Shown here: one piece after another, positions 30,264 through 39,431 of the stretch
Numbering within the stretch: position 1 is the first letter of the stretch
Layout of the letters: each line of letters begins with the position of its first letter
Origin: an uncultured delta proteobacterium
GTDB lineage: Bacteria; Myxococcota; UBA727; VGSZ01
DNA length: 64,000 bases
Direction of reading: 5' to 3'
Assembly: GCA_963775425.1 (NCBI GenBank)
Contig: CAVZJB010000005.1
Location: 640,001-704,000, forward strand
Translations under genes and position numbers: made by a program
Notes under the pieces: generated by a model
The model's input: only the letters and a program-made list of their open reading frames with translations
What the model was told of the DNA's origin: nothing
Databases searched by the model: none

Positions 30264-31282
30264 GCGCCGCCAAGCACACCTTCATCATCGCCGAGGCCGG
30301 GGTGAACCACGACGGCGATGTGCATAAAGCGCTCGAGCTCGTCGACCTCGCTGCACGGAGCGGTGCCGACGCGGTGAAGTTCCAGACGTTCTCGGCCGAG
30401 CGGCTGGTGACGCGGGAGGCGCCGAAGGCGGAGTACCAGCAGAGAGCTTTGGGTGACGACGGCGGACAGCTCTCGATGCTGAGGAAGCTCGAGCTCGATG
30501 AGGGCGCCCATCGCGCCTTGCTCGCGCGAGCGGCTTCCCGAGGCATCGAGTTCATGTCGACGCCCTTCGACGAAGAGGCTGCGGATTTTCTCCTGAGCCT
30601 GGGCATCACGCGGATCAAGGTCCCCTCGGGGGAGTTGACCAACCTTCCATTTCTCGCGCACGTCGCGAAGTTGGGCAAACCTCTCATTGTGTCGACGGGC
30701 ATGGCGACGCTCGGCGAGCTCAATCGTGCGCTGGAGACCATCCGGAGCGAAGCGCCCGGCCTCCCGGTGACCGTCCTTCACTGTACCAGCACGTACCCGG
30801 CCGAGCCTGACGACGTGAATCTGCGCGCCATGCTCGCGATCGGCACCGCATTCGGTGTTCCGGTCGGCTACTCCGATCACACGCTCGGCATCGAGGTTCC
30901 CATCGCGGCGGCGGCGCTGGGCGCCGCCGTCATCGAAAAGCACTTCACACTCGACAAGACAGCGTCCGGCCCTGACCACGCGATGTCCCTCGACGGCGAC
31001 GAGCTCAGCGCAATGGTGCGCTCCATCCGGAACGTCGAGAGAGCCTTGGGCGACGGCGTGAAACGGCCGCGGCCGCAAGAGCGAGAAGTCGCCGCAGTGG
31101 CCCGCAAGAGCATCGTTGCGAGGAGGCTGGTCCGGCCGGGTGAGGTCATCGTCGAGGCGGACCTGGTGATGCGGAGGCCCGGAACGGGGCTCGGCGCCGA
31201 GCTGCTTCCGTTCATCGTTGGGCGGCACGCGCGCGTAGAGATCCCGGAAGGCACTCTCGTCACGCTCGAGCACCTCACGTGA
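30260..31282 (+). CDS. neuB: Nonulosonic acid synthase (NeuB/LegI)
   Basis: IIAEAGVNHDG, AVKFQTF, HCTSTYP, GYSDHT, IEKHFTLD; C-terminal SAF/AFP domain. Confidence 0.95.
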   Translation: MSAAKHTFIIAEAGVNHDGDVHKALELVDLAARSGADAVKFQTFSAERLVTREAPKAEYQQRALGDDGGQLSMLRKLELDEGAHRALLARAASRGIEFMSTPFDEEAADFLLSLGITRIKVPSGELTNLPFLAHVAKLGKPLIVSTGMATLGELNRALETIRSEAPGLPVTVLHCTSTYPAEPDDVNLRAMLAIGTAFGVPVGYSDHTLGIEVPIAAAALGAAVIEKHFTLDKTASGPDHAMSLDGDELSAMVRSIRNVERALGDGVKRPRPQEREVAAVARKSIVARRLVRPGEVIVEADLVMRRPGTGLGAELLPFIVGRHARVEIPEGTLVTLEHLT

Positions 31283-32454
31283 GGAGCATCGCCGTCGTCA
31301 CCGTCGGTCGCTCGGACTGGGGCATCTACCAGTCGCTGCTGGCGGCCCTGCGTCGGCGAGTCGACGTGCGCCTGAAGATCCTCGCGTCGGGGATGCACGT
31401 CTCCCCGGCCTTCGGCATGACGGTCCGCCGCGTCGAGGCAGCGTTCCCCGGCATCGTCGAGCGGGTCGAGATGGACCTGTCCGAAGACACCCCAGAGAAG
31501 ATAGGCGTCGCCATCGGAGCGGGCGTCTCAGGCTTCGCGAAGAGCTTCGCCCGCGAGCGCCCCGACATCGTTGTCGTCCTCGGAGATCGGTTTGAGATGT
31601 TCAGCGCTGCCGCCGCCGCTGTGCCGTTCCTGCTTCCGATCGCTCACCTCCACGGGGGGGAACGGACGGAGGGGGCAATCGACGAACAACTGCGGCACGC
31701 GATCACCAAGCTGAGCCATCTCCACTTCGTCGCCGCAGAAGCCTATGCGGTGCGTGTCCGCCAACTCGGGGAGGAGCCTTGGCGTGTGATCGTTGCGGGC
31801 GCGCCTGCCCTCGACACGCTCTCGACGCAGGCGCCGCTCGCCGTCGATGAGTTGGCGCGTCGATTGGGTGGCTTCGAGGTGACCCGGCCTTTCTTGCTCT
31901 GCACGTTTCACGCTGTGACGCTCGAGCCCACAGAAGTCGAGGCCCAAGGAAACGCCCTTCTGGCCGCGCTGGATCGGGTCAACCTGCCGGTTCTCTTCAC
32001 CATGCCGAACGCGGATCCGGGCGGCAGGGTCCTGCGCGCGCAGTTGACGGCGTTTTGCGCAGCACGCCCACAGCACCGACTCGTAGAGACGCTCGGTTTC
32101 GAGGCCTACGGCTCCATCCTCCGCTATGCCGCAGCGATGGTGGGTAACTCCTCGAGCGGGCTCATCGAGGCGCCCTCGTTCGGCCTGCCGGTTGTGAACG
32201 TCGGCACGAGACAAGATGGCCGGGTCCGCGCAAAGAACGTGATCGACGTTGCCGCAAACGTCGATGCGATCGCTCAGGCGATCCGCGTTGCGCTCAACCC
32301 TGACACGCGGGCCTCGCTCGCCGGCTTGGTCAATCCGTACGGGGGTGGGAACGCCGGCGAGCGAATCGCGGCCGTACTCGCAGAGGTCCCCATCGGGGAC
32401 AAGCTCGTCAGGAAGCACTTCGTCGACATCGGAGGCCTCGATGCCGCGTCGTGA
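31279..32454 (+). CDS. neuC: Hydrolysing NDP-GlcNAc/diNAcBac 2-epimerase (NeuC/LegG)
   Basis: GRSDWG, LGDRFE, HLHGGE, RHAITKLSHLH, GNSSSG, GTRQDGR. Confidence 0.93.
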   Translation: MRSIAVVTVGRSDWGIYQSLLAALRRRVDVRLKILASGMHVSPAFGMTVRRVEAAFPGIVERVEMDLSEDTPEKIGVAIGAGVSGFAKSFARERPDIVVVLGDRFEMFSAAAAAVPFLLPIAHLHGGERTEGAIDEQLRHAITKLSHLHFVAAEAYAVRVRQLGEEPWRVIVAGAPALDTLSTQAPLAVDELARRLGGFEVTRPFLLCTFHAVTLEPTEVEAQGNALLAALDRVNLPVLFTMPNADPGGRVLRAQLTAFCAARPQHRLVETLGFEAYGSILRYAAAMVGNSSSGLIEAPSFGLPVVNVGTRQDGRVRAKNVIDVAANVDAIAQAIRVALNPDTRASLAGLVNPYGGGNAGERIAAVLAEVPIGDKLVRKHFVDIGGLDAAS

Positions 32455-33523
32455 TCCTGCGTCCTTCGTCATCCGGCGCGAAGCGTCTCTGCGGGACGCC
32501 GCGGCGTGTATTGACCACAACCGAACCGGGATTGCCGTCGTCGTAGATGGCGACGGCCGCCTTCTCGACACCATTACCGACGGCGATGTTCGGCGCGCCG
32601 TGCTCGCAGGGCGAAGTCTCGACACTTCCGTCGCGGACCTCGCGCCAAGGAGGGAGCGATCGCCGTACTCGACGCCGGTGCTCGCCGCGGCGGGGGACGG
32701 CGAACACAAGTTGCTCGAAACCATGCGGCAGCGACATGTACGGCAACTCCCCATCGTTGACGACGAGCAACGTGTCGTCGATCTGGCCATCCTCGAGGAT
32801 TTCATCGCCAGCGACGCACCGCTGGCGGTGCGAGCGGTGGTGATGGCCGGCGGGTTCGGCACGCGTCTGAGGCCGTTCACGGAGACCGTGCCCAAGCCCA
32901 TGCTCCCCGTAGGCGACAAGCCGTTGCTGGAGCACGTCATCGGCCAGTTGCGCGATGCGGGCATCACGCAGGTGAACGTCACGACTCACTACCTCCCCGA
33001 GCAAATTCGTGAGCACTTCGGGGACGGGTCGGCGCACGGGGTTCATATCGCCTACGTCGACGAGCAGACGCCGCTCGGAACCGCAGGGGCGCTCTCTCTC
33101 ATCGAGAGCTCCCAGGAACCGATGCTCGTCATCAACGGTGACATCCTTACGCGCGTCGACGTTCGCGCGATGCTCGCATTCCATCGGGCGCACGGCGCGG
33201 CAATGACCGTTGGTGTGCGCCAATTTGAAATGCGCGTGCCCTTCGGCGTCGTCGAGCTCGAGGGTGCACGCATCACGAGAATCACGGAGAAGCCCGTCCA
33301 CACCTTCCTCGTCAATGCCGGCGTCTACCTCGTGGAGCCCTCGGCCCACGCGCAGATATCTCGTGGTACACGCACCGATATGCCTGAGCTGATCCAACTG
33401 CTCGCCGACAGTGGCGCGGTCGTCGCGAGCTTCCCCGTCGTAGAGTACTGGCTCGATGTCGGTCGACCCGACGACTACGAGCGCGCGCAAGCGGACGCAC
33501 AGGAAGGCAGGTGGAAAGCGTGA
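32441..33523 (+). CDS. CBS-pair + nucleotidyltransferase (PtmE/LegX-like)
   Basis: ITDGDVRR CBS; MAGGFGTRLRPFT..PKPML; WLDVGRPDDY. Confidence 0.9.
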   Translation: MPRRDPASFVIRREASLRDAAACIDHNRTGIAVVVDGDGRLLDTITDGDVRRAVLAGRSLDTSVADLAPRRERSPYSTPVLAAAGDGEHKLLETMRQRHVRQLPIVDDEQRVVDLAILEDFIASDAPLAVRAVVMAGGFGTRLRPFTETVPKPMLPVGDKPLLEHVIGQLRDAGITQVNVTTHYLPEQIREHFGDGSAHGVHIAYVDEQTPLGTAGALSLIESSQEPMLVINGDILTRVDVRAMLAFHRAHGAAMTVGVRQFEMRVPFGVVELEGARITRITEKPVHTFLVNAGVYLVEPSAHAQISRGTRTDMPELIQLLADSGAVVASFPVVEYWLDVGRPDDYERAQADAQEGRWKA

Positions 33524-34500
33524 GCCTGAAGGGAAGGAAAGTACTCGTAACCGGTGCCGGCGGGTTCATCGGCAGCCATCTTGCCGAGCGGCTCGCCGAG
33601 GAAGGCGCGGAGGTGCGCGCCATGGTTCACTACAATGCGTTGGGCAGGAGCGGTTGGCTGGACGAGAGTGCGCGCTCCGGGGATATGGAGATCGTGGCGG
33701 GGGATGTCACCGACACCGAGAGCGTCTTTCGCCACGTGGAGGGGCGCGAGATCGTCTTCCACCTCGCTGCGCTCATCGGAATCCCGTATTCGTACGTCGC
33801 GCCACGTTCCTATCTTCGAACGAATATCGAAGGGACGTTGAACGTCCTGGAGGCGTGCAGGCGGGTGGGTGTTGAACGCCTCCTGCAGACGTCGACGAGC
33901 GAAGTGTACGGAACGGCACAATACGTCCCCATCGACGAGAAGCACCCGCTCCAGGGTCAGTCTCCCTACTCCGCCTCGAAGATCGCGGCGGACAAGATGG
34001 TCGAGGCTTTTGCCGCTTCGTATGCTCTTCGCGTCGTCACGGTGAGACCCTTCAACACGTTCGGGCCCCGGCAGAGCCGCCGCGCGGTCATTCCGACGAT
34101 AATCTCCCAGCTGCTCGCGGGAGATGCGGTCAGGCTCGGGAGCTTGTCCCCTCGCAGGGACCTCAACTACGTCACGAACACCGTTGCCGGCTTCGTGGCG
34201 GCTGCAGAGGCGACGAACGTGGCCGGGGAGGCAGTCAACTTCGGGTCGGGCTCCGACATCAGCATCGGCGAGTTGGTCGGCGAGATCGGGCGGTTGATGG
34301 GAAAGACGCCGGTCGTCGAGAGCGAGCCTGCGCGCGTGCGTCCGGAGGGGAGCGAGGTGGAACGCCTGCTGGCAGACAACGCGAAGGCAAAGTCGCTGAC
34401 GGGATGGGCGCCGACGGTGTCGCTGCAGGATGGTCTCCAGCGTACAATCGATTGGCTGCGCACTAGACCAGTGTCAGACACGTCGCGCTATTTCCTCTGA
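33520..34500 (+). CDS. NAD-dependent 4,6-dehydratase (LegB-like)
   Basis: TGAGGFIGSHL, LAALIGIPYSY, STSEVYG, QSPYSASK, RPFNTFGPRQS, SEVERL. Confidence 0.9.
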   Translation: MSLKGRKVLVTGAGGFIGSHLAERLAEEGAEVRAMVHYNALGRSGWLDESARSGDMEIVAGDVTDTESVFRHVEGREIVFHLAALIGIPYSYVAPRSYLRTNIEGTLNVLEACRRVGVERLLQTSTSEVYGTAQYVPIDEKHPLQGQSPYSASKIAADKMVEAFAASYALRVVTVRPFNTFGPRQSRRAVIPTIISQLLAGDAVRLGSLSPRRDLNYVTNTVAGFVAAAEATNVAGEAVNFGSGSDISIGELVGEIGRLMGKTPVVESEPARVRPEGSEVERLLADNAKAKSLTGWAPTVSLQDGLQRTIDWLRTRPVSDTSRYFL

Positions 34501-34517
34501 GGACTCATCTGGGCTCG

Positions 34518-35516
34518 ATGCAGTTGTTCGCGGTCGGTGGCGCCTCGTTGCTTTCGGCGTTGGAAGCACGCGAGCACTTCGGCGTCCCGGCAAAGGACGC
34601 GATCCTGCTCGCGACGGAGCGGGCGCTCTCGAGCGGCATGGTCGATGAGCGCGAGTGGCGTGAGGTGCACCCGTTCAGCTCGAACGTCCGGAGCCGAGGG
34701 CTGGGACGAGTGAGGGCGTGGCGTCAATTCGTCGCCCACATCGACGCATGCATCGGGTCGGCCTACTACTCCCGGGTCTTTGTCGCGGACTGCGGCGAGC
34801 CGATGCAGTACATCGCGGACCGAAGCGGGGCGGGAGACGTCGTCGTTCTCGACGACGGACTCGCGACCGTCGTCGCTGCGCGCGCCCGCCAGGTTGCGCC
34901 GCGGCGCGTAGGCGCCAAGGCGGCGCTGCGGCGCGTCGCAAAGGGCTTGGTAGCAGGCCGTCGCCTGCGCTCGCTGGAGCGCGTGACGTTCTTCTCGGCG
35001 TACGCGATCGAAGCCGGTCCATACGACACCGTGATCCGTCATGGGTACCCGCGGCTTCGCCGCATCACCAACGCGCGGGGCACGTCAAAGGACGTGCTCT
35101 TTGTCGGCCAGCCCTTCGTTGAAAACGGGTCCGTCTCGGAGGAGGACTATCAGGAGTTGTTGGCGCGGGCGGCTGCCTCTCTCGGAGGAAGCGTCACCTA
35201 TGTGGCGCACCCGAATGAATCGGACGATCGAGTTCGACGCTGTTGCACAGCGGCCGGGATCTCATGGACGCGGCATTCGATCCCCCTGGAAATGGTCATC
35301 GCTGCGGGTGGGCCGAAGCCTCAGGCGATTGCAGGCTTCTCGTCGTCGGTGCTGGCCAATGCCCGCGTGTTGTTTCCCGAAGTCGCGGTGATTGCGTTCG
35401 ATGTCCCAGCAGAGCGATTCCGGAAGAACGTTGCGACGGTTGGGCTCGTCATGCAGTACCTCCGGGACGCCGGTGGAGTGGATGTTCGGTCGCTTTGCGG
35501 AGCCGGGTCGCCGTGA
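34518..35516 (+). CDS. Putative nonulosonyl (sialyl-type) transferase
   Basis: DDG and HP motifs (VLDDGLAT, YVAHPNE), PLE and FSSS; directly follows the neu/leg block. Confidence 0.65.
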   Translation: MQLFAVGGASLLSALEAREHFGVPAKDAILLATERALSSGMVDEREWREVHPFSSNVRSRGLGRVRAWRQFVAHIDACIGSAYYSRVFVADCGEPMQYIADRSGAGDVVVLDDGLATVVAARARQVAPRRVGAKAALRRVAKGLVAGRRLRSLERVTFFSAYAIEAGPYDTVIRHGYPRLRRITNARGTSKDVLFVGQPFVENGSVSEEDYQELLARAAASLGGSVTYVAHPNESDDRVRRCCTAAGISWTRHSIPLEMVIAAGGPKPQAIAGFSSSVLANARVLFPEVAVIAFDVPAERFRKNVATVGLVMQYLRDAGGVDVRSLCGAGSP

Positions 35517-36133
35517 ACGACACGAAGTTCATCCGCCAAGAGTACTCCCACCGATACGAGAGCAAGCGGCGGCTTGCTTCGTATTGGCACCAGGTGGACG
35601 AGGTCCTCCGGCTGGGTGCGACACGGGTGCTGCTCGTTGGCTGTGGCACGGGAACGCCCGAGTTCATGTTGCGCCGCGAGGGTGTTGATGTCGTTTCGCT
35701 CGACGTTGATGCGAGTCTCTCTCCGTCGGTTGTCGGCAGCGTCACCGCGCTCGCCTTCCGAGAAGGCGAGTTCGAGGCGGCGGTGTGTTGCCAGGTCCTC
35801 GAGCACCTGCCGTTCGAGAGCTTCCCTCGGGCGTTGCAGGAGCTGCGCAGGGTCAGCCGTCGCGGCGTCGTGATCAGTCTGCCGGACCAAGGGCGCGTGC
35901 TGCGCTTCGAGCTCAAGGTGCCGCGGCTCGCGCGCGGCGTGCTCGTGGACCTGCCGCGTCTGCGCCCCAGACGCTGGTCGTTCGACGGGCAACACCACTG
36001 GGAAGTGAATGCGGCAGGCTTCGGCGTCCGTGCCATTGAACGGCGCTTTCGCGACGCGAACCTCGATGTCGAGGCGACGTATCGCGTGTTCGAAAACCCG
36101 TACCACCGCTTTTGGCGGCTACGCTGCGTGTAG
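35513..36133 (+). CDS. Class I SAM-dependent methyltransferase
   Basis: VLLVGCGTG, CCQVLEHLP; GTGA overlap with upstream gene. Confidence 0.85.
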   Translation: MNDTKFIRQEYSHRYESKRRLASYWHQVDEVLRLGATRVLLVGCGTGTPEFMLRREGVDVVSLDVDASLSPSVVGSVTALAFREGEFEAAVCCQVLEHLPFESFPRALQELRRVSRRGVVISLPDQGRVLRFELKVPRLARGVLVDLPRLRPRRWSFDGQHHWEVNAAGFGVRAIERRFRDANLDVEATYRVFENPYHRFWRLRCV

Positions 36134-36136
36134 CCG

Positions 36137-37261
36137 GTGCGCATCTCGTACCTTTCAAGCCAGCGCATTCCCTCTCGAGCGGCAAACGGCGTTCAGACGA
36201 TGCATATGTGCGCGGCGTTCGCCGCGTTGGGCCACGACGTTCAGCTCTTCTGCCGCCCAGGCACCGAGGCGGTGGATCCCTTTCGCTACTACGGCTTGCC
36301 GCGAAGCTTCGGCTTTGCGCCCGTGCGCGACGACGGGCCACGCGGCCTCCGCACAGCGCGCCACGTCTGGCGCGTGCGCGGGGCGGTTCGTGCCCGGCGC
36401 CCGGACGCCTTGTTCGGCAGGGACCTCTATGCGCTTGCCGCGAATGTGAATTGGGGGCTCCCCACCGTGCTCGAGGTTCATCGAACGATGGAGGGACACC
36501 GCGCTGAGCTCGCCGTGTTCGACTGGCTGTTTCGACAGCGATCCTTTCGACGCTTGGTCGTTGTGTCGGGCGGAATGCGCGACGACTACCTCCGACGATT
36601 CCCCGATCTCGCGCCTGAGCGCATCATGGTCGAGCCCGGGGCCGCGGAGCCGATAGCGCCCGATGGCGACGTCGTCGATATCGGAGGCGAGGGGAGGTTG
36701 AAGGTCGGCTATGTGGGCCACCTCTACGCCGGGCGCGGCATCGAGGTCATCATCGCCACCGCGAGACTCCTTCCGGACGTGGAGTTCCACATCGTCGGTG
36801 GGAGTGACGCAGACCTGGAGCGCTGGCGGGCGAACGCGACGGAGAAGAACGTCGCCTTCCATGGCCATGTGCCGCCGTCGCGAATCCCTGCGTATCTTCG
36901 TGCGTTCGACGTTCTCATCGCCCCCTACCAGCGGCGGGTCTACGTCGACGGTGGAGCGGAGACGTCCTCGGTGATGTCGCCGCTCAAGATCTTCGAGTAC
37001 ATGTCGACCGGGCGGCCAATCGTGTGCTCGGACCTCCCGGTGCTTCGAGAGGTGCTGACGGACGAGACCGCGTTGCTCGTTCCGCCGGAGGACCCGCAGC
37101 AGTGGGCGGCGGCGCTGAGGTCACTCGCATCACCCGAACGCCGACGCACGCTCGGCGGCGCCGCGCGCCAGCGTTTCCTCGACCGGCACACATGGAGGTC
37201 ACGCGCACAACGGATCGCGCTGGACCTGGCCAGGGAATGCGCCGGCGCGCACCAGAGATGA
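36137..37261 (+). CDS. Glycosyltransferase family 4
   Basis: ANGVQTMHM, YVGHLYAGRG, SPLKIFEYM. Confidence 0.92.
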   Translation: MRISYLSSQRIPSRAANGVQTMHMCAAFAALGHDVQLFCRPGTEAVDPFRYYGLPRSFGFAPVRDDGPRGLRTARHVWRVRGAVRARRPDALFGRDLYALAANVNWGLPTVLEVHRTMEGHRAELAVFDWLFRQRSFRRLVVVSGGMRDDYLRRFPDLAPERIMVEPGAAEPIAPDGDVVDIGGEGRLKVGYVGHLYAGRGIEVIIATARLLPDVEFHIVGGSDADLERWRANATEKNVAFHGHVPPSRIPAYLRAFDVLIAPYQRRVYVDGGAETSSVMSPLKIFEYMSTGRPIVCSDLPVLREVLTDETALLVPPEDPQQWAAALRSLASPERRRTLGGAARQRFLDRHTWRSRAQRIALDLARECAGAHQR

Positions 37262-38472
37262 CAGCGGTGTTTCCTCGCGTCATCGCCGTCGCGGAACGCC
37301 TGCGGCGAGAGGCCGCACGTCGAATGCGGCTCGTGGCGGCGGTGGGGGTTCAACACCTGCCAGGCGTGGAAGCGTTCGCGCCGTCTCATGCGTGGCTCTT
37401 TGGTGGTTCCGTCGGGCGCGCCTACGTCGACAACAGCGCCGCACTCCACAGGCACGTGTTGCGGGCTCGACCGGAGCGCGCGGTACACTGGGTGATTGAT
37501 CGCGACAGCCCGGATGTCCGCAAGGCGCGCCGCGAGGGGCCGGTGATGTTCCGGGACTCCATCGGCACCGTCGTGACCGCGCTCTCAGCCGACGTTCACG
37601 TCATCTCCCACGGTGTGCACGACGTGCCTGGGACGGCGTCCCGCCTCGCTCGCCACGCGCTGCGCGTCCGCCTGGGCCATGGCCTCACGGCGCTGAAGCG
37701 AACGAAGCCGCGGGTGTTTCAGACGAACGCCAGCGCGAATGCGATCTTCGACCTCGTGCCCGTCGCATCGGAGTTCGAGAAGGCAAACAAGCGCGCGTGG
37801 GACATCCCCGACCAAGCGCTCGTCGTCACTGGCTTGCCGCGCTTCGACGAGTTGTTGAGGAAGGCGAGCCGGCCGCGGGCGCCCGGGCCGCGCAGCATCG
37901 TGTACATGCCGACGTGGCGCGATTGGGTTCCGATGGAGCCTTCGGCCGGACAGCCCAACCCCTTCGTGCGTACCGTTGTCGACTTCCTCGCGGCACCTGC
38001 CCTCATCGATGTTCTCGAGCGGCACGACGCACTCCTGAAGGTCTGTTTGCACCCGATCCTGCGGAGACACGCGACGAGCCTTCGTCGCACGGCAGCGAAG
38101 CGGATTGTGATTGTCGACGATGACGTTGACGTCCAAGACGTGCTCGCAGCGAGCGACGCCCTGCTCACGGACTACTCGAGCGTGACATGGGACGCTCTCT
38201 ACGTCGACAAGCCCGTGTTCTTCTTCAGCTTCGACCTGGACCGCTACGAGAGTGAACGCGGCGCCTACTTCGACTTGCGCCGCGACCTTCCAGGACCGGC
38301 TGCTTCAACCGGCGCCGCGTGCGTCGATATGCTCGACGATGCGCTTGCGCACGGGCTGCCCCTCGGCGACGCGGCGAGGCGGTGGCAGGAGCGAGCATTC
38401 GCATTCCGCGACGACAGGAACTGCGCACGCGTCCTTGCTCGCATCGAAGAGCGCTTGGAGCAGGGACGGTGA
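37258..38472 (+). CDS. TagF/TagB-like CDP-glycerol glycerophosphotransferase family protein
   Basis: DNS, LGHG, TGLPRFD, YMPTWR, LHP, TDYSSV..D motifs. Confidence 0.85.
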   Translation: MTAVFPRVIAVAERLRREAARRMRLVAAVGVQHLPGVEAFAPSHAWLFGGSVGRAYVDNSAALHRHVLRARPERAVHWVIDRDSPDVRKARREGPVMFRDSIGTVVTALSADVHVISHGVHDVPGTASRLARHALRVRLGHGLTALKRTKPRVFQTNASANAIFDLVPVASEFEKANKRAWDIPDQALVVTGLPRFDELLRKASRPRAPGPRSIVYMPTWRDWVPMEPSAGQPNPFVRTVVDFLAAPALIDVLERHDALLKVCLHPILRRHATSLRRTAAKRIVIVDDDVDVQDVLAASDALLTDYSSVTWDALYVDKPVFFFSFDLDRYESERGAYFDLRRDLPGPAASTGAACVDMLDDALAHGLPLGDAARRWQERAFAFRDDRNCARVLARIEERLEQGR

Positions 38473-38506
38473 CACGGGATTCGCTGCAACAGGTGGTCAG
38501 CTCCGC

Positions 38507-39409
38507 ATGAGAACGACGAACGAGGTGATCGGCGACATCGGGATGTGCCCTGCGTGCGGTGCGGCCCTGCGGGACGACAGCGGACGCGTGGTGTGCGCGA
38601 TGGCGTGCACGAGCTACGGCGACGGCAGCGACGGCAGTCGTCTCGATCTCCGCCTCAGGAGACCAAAGGCGATCGAGCTTCCGCTTCTGCTTGCTGCGCC
38701 GGAGACCGTTTTGCGCCTGGTTGACGAGATCCCACCTGGGGCGGGCGCGAGAGTGAGCGGGCTGCCGCGTCATCTCCCGGCCGCCCTTGCGAGCTGCATC
38801 CCCGTCGCTCCCCGAAGCGGGGCGGTTGCGCTCGATGTCGGGTGCGGCAACGGCGCCAATCGCGCGATCCTCGAAGGCGCCGGCTACGACTACCTCGGCG
38901 CCGACATCACGCATCCCGATGCACCGCTGCTGGCGGACGCGCATGCCATCCCTGTGCGCAGCTCGACGGTCGACTTTGCGATTTCTCTCGCGGTGCTGGA
39001 GCACGTCGATCACCCTGTCGTTGTCGCTCGAGAGGTGTACCGCGTCCTGAAACCCGGCGCGCTCTTCCTTGGCACCGTCGCCTTCCTCGAGCCGTATCAT
39101 TCGGAGAGCAAGTTCCATCACTCCCACCTCGGTACGCAGCGTGTCCTTGAGACCGGTGGCTTCGCTGTTGACTGGATCGCTCCAGTCCCTGGCTGGAGCG
39201 TCGTGTCGGCGCAGTTGTCGAATGCCTTGTTCCCCGGATTACCGAAGAAGGTCGCGCGCCGCACGGGGCACGCCGTCGACCGGGTGCGCGCGGCGTGGCT
39301 CGGCATGCAGGCGCTCCGCGGACGGAAGATCCCCATCACGACAAGGAAAGCCGCGGTCGCCGGCGCCTTCGCATTCTCGGCGCGCAAGGGTTCGCCGGAG
39401 CACTCTTGA
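38507..39409 (+). CDS. Class I SAM-dependent methyltransferase with N-terminal Cys motif
   Basis: CPACG, LDVGCGNG, AVLEHV, RVLKPGA. Confidence 0.82.
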   Translation: MRTTNEVIGDIGMCPACGAALRDDSGRVVCAMACTSYGDGSDGSRLDLRLRRPKAIELPLLLAAPETVLRLVDEIPPGAGARVSGLPRHLPAALASCIPVAPRSGAVALDVGCGNGANRAILEGAGYDYLGADITHPDAPLLADAHAIPVRSSTVDFAISLAVLEHVDHPVVVAREVYRVLKPGALFLGTVAFLEPYHSESKFHHSHLGTQRVLETGGFAVDWIAPVPGWSVVSAQLSNALFPGLPKKVARRTGHAVDRVRAAWLGMQALRGRKIPITTRKAAVAGAFAFSARKGSPEHS

Positions 39410-39431
39410 TTGTACCGGCGGCCGTCCGCGC

